Assembly: GCA_046538485.1 (NCBI GenBank)
Contig: JBKHIT010000008.1
Location: 42,857 to 106,856 of the forward strand
Source of the DNA: Candidatus Brocadiia bacterium
Lineage (GTDB): Bacteria; Planctomycetota; Brocadiia; SM23-32
Length of the DNA: 64,000 nucleotides
Direction: 5' to 3'
Each line of letters begins with the position of its first letter. Positions within the stretch are counted from its first letter, which is position 1. The notes under the pieces were generated by a model. The model was given only the letters and a program-made list of their open reading frames with translations. It was not told the DNA's origin and searched no databases. This document shows, piece after piece, positions 39,355 to 47,184 of the stretch. Both the position numbers and the translations under genes were made by a program.

Positions 39355-40419
39355 CTATCCACCCGCTTTGTTCACAACAATCCGCAGCCGAGAATCGTCC
39401 GAAGAAAGTTTTTCGCGGAGGATATCCTCTTCCCGAAATTGAGCCATAAGAATTTCCTCGGCGCCTCTCCGATCACGATCGTAGATTATGTAGATCAAAC
39501 CGTCTTCCCGTTGCGCTCCGTCTGGATATGAAACCCCATCGCGTTCGTCGAGCATCAACCCGCCCTCCCAGGATTGCCCTTCATTATCGGAAAGAAACGC
39601 CATAAGGTGGCTGCGCCCGGTCCGGCGGTCGATGGGACCGTGTTTGCACAAAAGCAGATTGCCCGACTCCATTCGCCGAACAAAGAAACGTGAGGTCGGG
39701 TGTTCGATCCCAGAAGGTTCCACCGGGCTCCAAAATCGTCCCCGGTCGTGCGAGACACTTTCACCGATGCCATAAGAAGTGCGGACGAGCATCCAGAGAT
39801 CGCCGTTTTTCCGTTCCACAACCATGTGCTCGTCGCAATTACGGTCCGCTTCCGACGGCACGTTCGCCTTGCCACGCAAATCCCAGGATTTTCCTTTATT
39901 GGTTGAAGCATGGACCTGCGCGCTCCCGTCCTGATGCCAGCGGGCTGTCGGGAGGAGCCAATCACCGGAGGAGAGAACAAGGGGTTTATTCATCATGATT
40001 CCATCACAGAGCCTCTGTGGCTCCGACCATTCGGGATCGTCGTCGTCGGATTTGTCTGTTTTGATGGCCCACACTCCGCTGCGTTCGTCCGTATGGCCCT
40101 CGTAACCCTGAGCCCAGAAAAGCCAGAGTTTTCCCTCGGGATCATGCCACAGGCAGGGGTCAAAGGCTCGCACCGGACCATCTCCATCGGGATCGACAAT
40201 CAGTTTTGTGTCGAATTGCCCTGCCCCTCCAGTTTTTCTCGTCGCGAGCAGGACGTAATTATGATGATCTTCACCTGTCCCTCCACCGTACCATGTTGCC
40301 CAGAGGCGGCCTGAGCGCGAGCATTCTATGCCGGGTATACCCTGGAACTGTCTTCGGGTTTTATCATATTCTTCGTCCGGTGGACCTGTTTTTTCCGGGG
40401 GTTTGAGGTAAGCTTCCAT
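39355..40419 (-). CDS. BNR/Asp-box sialidase-like (GH33-like) protein
   Basis: Asp boxes STNKGKSW, SHDRGRFW and SDNEGQSW; DEHMVVE; VSYPD; no signal peptide. Confidence 0.85.
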   Translation of the reverse strand: MEAYLKPPEKTGPPDEEYDKTRRQFQGIPGIECSRSGRLWATWYGGGTGEDHHNYVLLATRKTGGAGQFDTKLIVDPDGDGPVRAFDPCLWHDPEGKLWLFWAQGYEGHTDERSGVWAIKTDKSDDDDPEWSEPQRLCDGIMMNKPLVLSSGDWLLPTARWHQDGSAQVHASTNKGKSWDLRGKANVPSEADRNCDEHMVVERKNGDLWMLVRTSYGIGESVSHDRGRFWSPVEPSGIEHPTSRFFVRRMESGNLLLCKHGPIDRRTGRSHLMAFLSDNEGQSWEGGLMLDERDGVSYPDGAQREDGLIYIIYDRDRRGAEEILMAQFREEDILREKLSSDDSRLRIVVNKAGG

Positions 40420-40860
40420 TGCAGTATCCCACTTTAAATTCTGGAACCAGAGGCTTATCGGTATACCCGAAGCGATCTATTCCTGCAAAGGTGGCGCAGG
40501 TTTGCCCGCTGAAAAAAGATCCTTCCACCCGACGTGGGGCCGGCTGTTAAATCCGCGCAGCGGGTGGTACCGACCGGCATCGCAGGCTAAAGTGATATGG
40601 TTCGCAAATACGGCACCCTTCGAAGGCCCATGGGCATCCCACCCAACCCCGCCGGTTTACACCGGGGCTATAATGCCAGCGCCATCCGAGAGGGTTTTTG
40701 GGGGGCTTTCGGCCCAATGTCCACCGGTCGTGGATCCGTGCAGCGGACGGAACCCTCAACAGCCACGGATGTGAACCCGCAGGACAGGCAGACAAAAGAA
40801 ACACTGAACCCGAACGGATGGCACGGGCGTCGTCCACTCTTTGTTCGACTCACGTCCCGG

Positions 40861-40941
40861 TTCGCTACCGCTGAGTTGAACTCGAATTTTCAGCAGCACC
40901 AGCGGACTGGACTTCGGCCAGAGGCCGGAGGTCAGAATGCC
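40861..40941. repeat. REP-like family B copy (40861-40894) adjacent to family A copy 4 (40901-40941)
   Basis: ttcgctaccgctgagttgaactcg and agcggactggacttcggccagaggccggaggtcagaatgc. Confidence 0.7.
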
Positions 40942-40953
40942 GACAGTTATTCC

Positions 40954-41988
40954 TCACAGCTTCGGGGGTCCCGTTTCTTCTGCTTCGCGTAGCTCTTCAA
41001 CTTTTTGAAGACTGTTCAGAATTTCGCCAATCAGCTGCTTTAACCCATCACCACGTGTTGCGCTGACCGGGATCACTTCGCAGTCGAGTTCTTCGCGGAG
41101 TCGTTCGACCCCTTGGTTGGCTCCGGGCAAGTCAATTTTGTTGGCGGCAACGATCTCCGGCGTTTTGGCAAGTTTTTCGCTGTACAGTTTCAGTTCATCG
41201 CGTATTGAATGGTAATTTTCCACCGGGTCCGATTCATCCAGCGGCACGATGTCAACAAGATGCACCAGGATTCTTGTTCTTTCGATGTGCTTCAAAAATT
41301 CATCTCCAAGACCACGTCCGTTGTGCGCTCCCTGGATAAGTCCCGGCAGGTCGGCCACAGTGAAACGCCTGTAAGCTTCCGTATCGACGATCCCCAGCTG
41401 AGGTTCGAGCGTCGTGAATGGATATGAAGCGATTCGCGGATGGGCGGCGCTGATTCGGGAAAGCAAAGTGGATTTGCCGGCATTTGGTTTTCCGACCAGT
41501 CCGACATCGGCGATGAGTTTTAACTCCAGGCGCAGATTTCGTTCTTCGCCTTCTGTGCCTTCTTCATATTCCGTCGGAGCCTGATTTGTGGAAGTAGCAA
41601 AATGGACATTTCCTCGTCCGCCCTGCCCCCCTTCGGCGACCACCACGCTCTGGCCCTCTTCGGTCAGGTCTTTGAGCACGAGATCAGTATCGATGTCCCG
41701 AATGACTGTTCCGACGGGTACTTCGATGACCACATCTTCGCCGTCGGCTCCATCTCGTTTCTTCGTTTTACCGTCCTCGCCATCTCCGGCTAAGTACTGT
41801 TTACGCGAGACCAGATCGAGGAGAGTTCCCATGTTTTCATTCGCTTTAATGATAATATCCCCGCCCTCCCCTCCATCCCCTCCGCTGGGGCCTCCTTTAG
41901 GCACATATTTTTCTCGCCGGAAACTCGCCCGCCCGTCCCCGCCGTCACCGGCTTTCACATAGATCTCAGCTTCATCGACAAAATGCAC
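40954..41988 (-). CDS. obgE: GTPase ObgE/CgtA
   Basis: FVDEA, SFRREKYVPKGGP, GKPNAGKST, YPFTTL, DLPG and NKID. Confidence 0.97.
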   Translation of the reverse strand: MHFVDEAEIYVKAGDGGDGRASFRREKYVPKGGPSGGDGGEGGDIIIKANENMGTLLDLVSRKQYLAGDGEDGKTKKRDGADGEDVVIEVPVGTVIRDIDTDLVLKDLTEEGQSVVVAEGGQGGRGNVHFATSTNQAPTEYEEGTEGEERNLRLELKLIADVGLVGKPNAGKSTLLSRISAAHPRIASYPFTTLEPQLGIVDTEAYRRFTVADLPGLIQGAHNGRGLGDEFLKHIERTRILVHLVDIVPLDESDPVENYHSIRDELKLYSEKLAKTPEIVAANKIDLPGANQGVERLREELDCEVIPVSATRGDGLKQLIGEILNSLQKVEELREAEETGPPKL

Positions 41989-42076
41989 TCGTTGGGATCT
42001 CCGTAAAGATCAACAAAACGGGCCGCCGAGCAAAATGGCTCCAGCGGCCCTTAATCCAGCTTTTCCGGCTATATAC

Positions 42077-42319
42077 TTATTCCGGTATGACATTAACGCG
42101 GCGTTGGGTTCCAAATTCCACAATACCGTCGCTTTTGGCAAAAAGGGTATAATCTCTACCGCAGCCCACATTTCGTCCGGGATGGAATTTGGTCCCGCAT
42201 TGTCGAACGATAATCGCACCTGCTTTGACCTGTTCTCCGCCATATGCCTTGATTCCACGGTACTGCGGGTTGCTATCGTGAACGTTTTGTGTGGAGCCCT
42301 GTCCTTTTTTGTGAGCCAT
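42077..42319 (-). CDS. rpmA: 50S ribosomal protein L27
   Basis: [14 protein letters not shown] and [13 protein letters not shown]. Confidence 0.97.
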   Translation of the reverse strand: MAHKKGQGSTQNVHDSNPQYRGIKAYGGEQVKAGAIIVRQCGTKFHPGRNVGCGRDYTLFAKSDGIVEFGTQRRVNVIPE

Positions 42320-42331
42320 TTTTTATCTCCT

Positions 42332-42646
42332 TTATTCGGGATGAATCTCGCGTATTTTTACTCTGGTATAATCCTGCCGATGGCCAATTTTGGTCTGATG
42401 GGGTCCCTTGTAACGCGCCGTGTAAACTTTTGGACCTCGCTCATGACGAAGGACTTCTACAAGAACACGAGCGCCTGCAACCTGCGGTCGACCGATTCTT
42501 GGTTTACAATCTTCCTGATCGCCGATCATCAGAACCCGTTCGAATTCGGTCAGTTCACCAGCAGGCACTTCCATCCGATCGACCAAAATTTCGTCGTCGA
42601 TTTCCACCTTAAATTGCTGTCCGCTATGATCTAGAATTGCGTACAT
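42332..42646 (-). CDS. rplU: 50S ribosomal protein L21
   Basis: MYAI...GQQFKV, IGRPQV.GA and GHRQ.YT; lies directly upstream of rpmA-obgE. Confidence 0.93.
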   Translation of the reverse strand: MYAILDHSGQQFKVEIDDEILVDRMEVPAGELTEFERVLMIGDQEDCKPRIGRPQVAGARVLVEVLRHERGPKVYTARYKGPHQTKIGHRQDYTRVKIREIHPE

Positions 42647-42688
42647 AGGCCGTAAACGCCTTTCTCGGGGAATACTCAGGAAAAATAT

Positions 42689-42717
42689 ATAATAGCAAAT
42701 TCGCTTGACCGCTGCAA
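42689..42717 (-). promoter_or_regulatory. Putative sigma70 promoter of rplU-rpmA-obgE
   Basis: Minus strand TTGCAG-N17-TATTAT with a TG extended -10. Confidence 0.5.
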
Positions 42718-42787
42718 GCAAAGGAAGTTAGTGTTTGTGGAAAACGACAGCATTCCTGTGCGAAAGACGGAAGCAAAAGGATTTCCG

Positions 42788-45061
42788 ATGGAAGAACTGG
42801 CCAAAATTCGTTGCAACAATACCTCAAATCGCAATCTGACTGGATATGGCGTCACCTATGGCGTCCCACTTCCTCAGGGACGCCTTCAGGAACCCCAAAA
42901 CGCTGCCCTCGCCATAAAACTCCCCGAGGGCTCCATTGCTCCAATTCAGTGGAAAATCGCCGAGAAATGGCCTGACGGGTCGGTCAGGTGGATCGTGCTC
43001 GACTTTGAGATGGATCTGCCGGCCAACAAACAATCCAGTTTTGCCCTGGTGGCCGACGCCGAAACTCCCGACTATCCCAAACTGGAGATACACGAAAATA
43101 ATGCCAGTATCTCCGTCGCCAACAAACACCTGCGGGTTGAGGTTGAACGGAACTCTTTCTCCCTCTTCGAATCACTGTCGGTCAATGGGCAGGAATTGAT
43201 TCAGCAGGGGGCCGATATCATCGTGGTCAACCCAAAAGGCAAACGCTATTACGCCAGTTTTACGCAAAATCTGGATGTCTCCATAGTCGAACAAGGACCC
43301 GAACGGGTCGTTATTGAAAGCTCTGGGCGCCATACTGCCAGCGATGGCGATCAGCTGCTTTCTTTTCGTCTTCGCTACACCATAAGGCCCCATGACCCGT
43401 GCATTCGCCTCTCCTATAAGATGGCCAATGAAGAAGAACCGGAGATGGGCGTTCACCTTGGCCGAATTTTCATGGAAATTCCTACGACACTCGGCCCCCG
43501 TCCAACACGATACGTCCGCCAAAAACACCACACCGAACTCTGGTTCACCCGGCCGGTCGAAATTCAGGAGAACGTTGAACTACAGGCCGGGAGTTTCATA
43601 AGCGAAATGGCCGAATCAGTCTATGGAAAAGCGCATTCGGGCAAGGTGGTCATACGCAACCTCCATAATTTTCGCGAAGACCTCAGCGATTATCCCCACT
43701 ACCTGCGGCCTGGAAACGCCCGTTCCGATATGAGCGGCGGTTTGCGCGCGGCATATCCTTTCCTGGCAACGGTTTCAGAAAATGGTTCTTTCATCGGCTG
43801 GTTTTCCGAAATGGAGGCAAACCATCCCAAAGGGGTCGCTTCGGAACGCAATAAGATTCGTTTCGACATCTGGCCGCAATGGGCTGACAACCTCCGCCTC
43901 AACAGAGGGATGTCCAAAGAGCATGATATCTTCCTCTCGTTCGATGACCGGCGCCTATCCTTCGAAGATCTTGAATCTCGCTATTTCGATCACGAAGTGA
44001 TGGGATTCGGCATCTTTGCCGAAGGAGCCCCCCCGGTGAATTTCTCCATCGATCCCGAATACGCCCGTGAGTGTGAAGTTTTCGATATTCATCGCTGGTT
44101 GCCTTACGACGAAGACCGGTACCTGAAAATCGAGACCAAAATGGGTACCATCGGCTCAAAAGGCGGCAAAATGTCACGTGGGATGCTCGATTATGGCGAC
44201 GGCATCATTCGGGACTGCAGCGCGAATAATGAAAACGATAGGATTCTTGACCGGTTCCGGGAATACTACCGCCGCGGCAAAGCGGAGTTCCGCCGGGAAG
44301 CTCTGATCTCTGCCCGTCACAACGCACATGTCGATTTGATTTCTTATGATCCGGATGAGCTCCGACAGGGCACGATGGCTGCACATTGTCCCAACCATAG
44401 CGACGGGGCGTGTTACCCCTCTCACATGTGGGTTGGCGGACTGCTGGCGGCGTTCTGCACCACCGGTGAGCCGGATTTCGAAGAAGCCGCCATCTCCGTC
44501 GGCGAAAACATGCTCCGCTGGCAGGAAAAATGTCCTGAAGTCTTTTACTGCGACAGTCGGGAGGCCGGTTGGCCGATGCTGGCCTGGGTACAGCTCTGGC
44601 ATCATAACCACGAACAGCGCTGGCTGGATGCCGCGGACCGTGTCTTCCAGTTCTACGCTGAGAAAGTGGATGAAGAGGGGAAAATAGTCTATGAAATTCC
44701 GCACAAACTCGGGACTTTCCTGCAGGGTTACGGAGAGTTTATCGCGTGGCGGGGTTGTTTCCACTATTACGAAGCGAGCGGAAAAGAAGAGGTGAAAGAT
44801 TTCCTCGTCGATGTCCTGAGTAAAGAAAATATCTACAAAATCACTCCGGCCAGAGTTGAAAAAGGTGGTTGGGCCTGCAATGACCTGTTCCCGGCCTGGG
44901 CTGTCTGGCAGCTGACCGGAGATGATAAGTTTCTCAAAGACAATTTCCCCTTCCTGGAATACATGATGGACAGAGAAGGAACTTTCCCATGGACCGGCGT
45001 CGATGTCATGTATTACCTGAATGCCCTTCACGAACGCGGGGAACTCGAAGAATTCTGCTGA
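42788..45061 (+). CDS. Putative exo-rhamnogalacturonan lyase-like (YetA/PcRGLX-like) protein
   Basis: VTYGVPLPQG, WPDGSVRW, GMLDYGD, NNEND, ARHNAHVD, SHMWVGG and REAGW suggest an (alpha/alpha) toroid with N-terminal beta domains. Confidence 0.6.
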   Translation: MEELAKIRCNNTSNRNLTGYGVTYGVPLPQGRLQEPQNAALAIKLPEGSIAPIQWKIAEKWPDGSVRWIVLDFEMDLPANKQSSFALVADAETPDYPKLEIHENNASISVANKHLRVEVERNSFSLFESLSVNGQELIQQGADIIVVNPKGKRYYASFTQNLDVSIVEQGPERVVIESSGRHTASDGDQLLSFRLRYTIRPHDPCIRLSYKMANEEEPEMGVHLGRIFMEIPTTLGPRPTRYVRQKHHTELWFTRPVEIQENVELQAGSFISEMAESVYGKAHSGKVVIRNLHNFREDLSDYPHYLRPGNARSDMSGGLRAAYPFLATVSENGSFIGWFSEMEANHPKGVASERNKIRFDIWPQWADNLRLNRGMSKEHDIFLSFDDRRLSFEDLESRYFDHEVMGFGIFAEGAPPVNFSIDPEYARECEVFDIHRWLPYDEDRYLKIETKMGTIGSKGGKMSRGMLDYGDGIIRDCSANNENDRILDRFREYYRRGKAEFRREALISARHNAHVDLISYDPDELRQGTMAAHCPNHSDGACYPSHMWVGGLLAAFCTTGEPDFEEAAISVGENMLRWQEKCPEVFYCDSREAGWPMLAWVQLWHHNHEQRWLDAADRVFQFYAEKVDEEGKIVYEIPHKLGTFLQGYGEFIAWRGCFHYYEASGKEEVKDFLVDVLSKENIYKITPARVEKGGWACNDLFPAWAVWQLTGDDKFLKDNFPFLEYMMDREGTFPWTGVDVMYYLNALHERGELEEFC

Positions 45062-45258
45062 GCGGCATTCTCAGAAAGAGCCTGAGGAGCACCGCTGGAT
45101 TGCCTCTGAGTTCTCTTAGCCCGGCAAGAAACAATGGACGCAAAGGATTCTTGGAGACGCTAAGCGGTCCTGTATAAGTAACTTAAGGATTTGATAGTAG
45201 CCATAAGATGCTTTTTCTTGCGGCCTGAAAGGCCGATTCATCGTAGCCCAGGCTGAAG

Positions 45259-45431
45259 TGGTCTGAAGTATGCGTTTAACGTTTCCCGCAGTGCCGCTGA
45301 AGAGGTCATTGCGAGGATGCCGGAGGCATCCGCGGCAATCTCGCTGTTGGCTGGGGAAACGACGAGATTGCTTCGTCGCTGTCGCTCCTCGCAATGACGG
45401 CCTGTGTACGTTAAACGCATATGGTCTGAAA
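45259..45431. mobile_element. MITE-like insertion (14-bp TIR, 9-10-bp target duplication) containing an inner palindromic repeat
   Basis: TIR tatgcgtttaacgt (45269-82) / acgttaaacgcata (45408-21); flanking direct repeat tggtctgaa; inner IR gtcattgcgagg/cctcgcaatgac (45305-45398). Confidence 0.75.
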
Positions 45432-45705
45432 GACCACTCAGGTCTGGGTTATGGAGAAGCACAACATGTTGCGGGCTGAAGGCCCGCCTCAATTTGCTGT
45501 TGTTTGGAAAGCGCGTTTCTTTATCAAACCTCAGGATAGTTGTCGCAGACCGCTTAGACTCGCCCGGGTCTTTCGACCCGGTTCATAGCGGGGATCGGGT
45601 GTGTCACATGCGCCTTTCGGAGGATACTGAGAAGGACAGTTCAGACGGCGTATAGAAACGCCGGTAGAGTTCCCGTAGTTCGTTTTGCAGGAGATTTCAT
45701 CACAA

Positions 45706-46842
45706 ATGACGGAAAAGAATGCTGATTTGCCTGATCCACGAAAAGTGGCGCAGCAAGAGGCAGAACAAATCAAGAACGATTACGAATTCATTTTTGAAAA
45801 GAGTCTGAAACGGGCCATTGCCGACCGTCCATCGCTCGACCGAGAGCGTTTGTTCCGGGAACTGGTGGAGTTTCATCGGGAACGGATGAACAAAATCCCG
45901 CCCCGAGCGAAATACCCCGAGGCGGCTCCGTGGGTCGGGTACGTCATTGAACGTGACCGCGAGTTGCAGCGAATCTCGGGACTTTCCGACCGGGAAATGG
46001 CCCAGCTGCGGAGTCTCAATGACTACCTCCGGTTCAGGGGTTGGGGCAATCTTTGCCCTGTCAGCTCTGAAAAATGCCGGGTCGTTTATCTGCCCGACTC
46101 GGATCGGGGGGAATTTCATATAAAGAATGTCGATGACCCCCTCACGAACTGGGAACCGTCAGACGAGCCGCCCCCCTCACCCCGTTTTCCGGAACTCATG
46201 ATGGATGGGGTGGGCGCGGGGCTTCATCTGGATGACGAGCCAGAGCAGATTTTTCCGCTTCCGATCCGGCAGATGTGCTCAAAACTCGCCGAAAATCTGC
46301 CGTCGGCCCTTGAGTTTCTACAACGATACTCACCGTTCTGGGGCGCGCAAAATCTGCTGCTGCACGACCGCCAGAAATGCAGCATCGCCATCGAAAAGAC
46401 AAGCTATAATTTCATGGACGTTTATGAACCCGGCACATCCGGTGAGAGCCATATCAGCGGGATGGTCTGCCGGGAACCCAAAACCGAGCAAGGACGATAC
46501 GTCGAACGAAAACGCAAAGAGTTCACCGAACGGATCGGACAGGATGAAGAGGGGCCCTGCGGAAAATTCTGGCAGGCGTGCGACCGCGCGGAACAAATGC
46601 TGGCGGAATTGCTGTCGAAGGTAGATGTCACCATCGATGAAATACTGGAGCTTTTCACCACGACCTGGCCGGAAGGACTCAACAAAGCCGGCGCGGTTTT
46701 TCATCCGGATCAGCCCTACGCCTCATGGACACTGGTCACACACGCCCGGTTGCCGGATCAAGGAATGGTTTTACGCTGGCAGCGCAGCGCCGATGGCGCG
46801 TATCCCGATAAACCGCAAGTGTTTGAATACCCGATGGGATAA
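45706..46842 (+). CDS. Hypothetical protein, possible C45/Ntn-hydrolase-like
   Basis: Long ORF with typical composition; EKCRVVYL...HIKNVDD resembles the C45 autoprocessing region (C...N.D). Confidence 0.55.
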   Translation: MTEKNADLPDPRKVAQQEAEQIKNDYEFIFEKSLKRAIADRPSLDRERLFRELVEFHRERMNKIPPRAKYPEAAPWVGYVIERDRELQRISGLSDREMAQLRSLNDYLRFRGWGNLCPVSSEKCRVVYLPDSDRGEFHIKNVDDPLTNWEPSDEPPPSPRFPELMMDGVGAGLHLDDEPEQIFPLPIRQMCSKLAENLPSALEFLQRYSPFWGAQNLLLHDRQKCSIAIEKTSYNFMDVYEPGTSGESHISGMVCREPKTEQGRYVERKRKEFTERIGQDEEGPCGKFWQACDRAEQMLAELLSKVDVTIDEILELFTTTWPEGLNKAGAVFHPDQPYASWTLVTHARLPDQGMVLRWQRSADGAYPDKPQVFEYPMG

Positions 46843-47184
46843 CGGGTTTTTCTGCGGTTTGGACACAAAACAGACTACCGCACCCTGCAGTGGAAACCGA
46901 CACTTTTCAGCCATTCCTTCTCACGGCCCGGCATCCGTTTCCCAATTTCAGACCCAGCTTACACGTATCCGAGATGCCCCTACATGTAGGGCGTGATCGC
47001 CGGGCGCGCCCTGCCGTATTGCCCCGAAACAAAAGACGGCGAACAACAAACGGCAGTTCCGCCTCAGTCCCCCCTACCGCGGAGACCTGCAGCTTTCTGA
47101 TAATTCTCCTTTCCGGTCTGTCCCCCGTCCATTGGAACGGAAGACGGTCTTCGCACGCAGCGGCCGGTTTGCGGACGCGTTGTT

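Noticed and set aside
40954..41988. ObgE lacking the C-terminal OCT domain
   Set aside because: Short Obg proteins are common, so this is not unusual.
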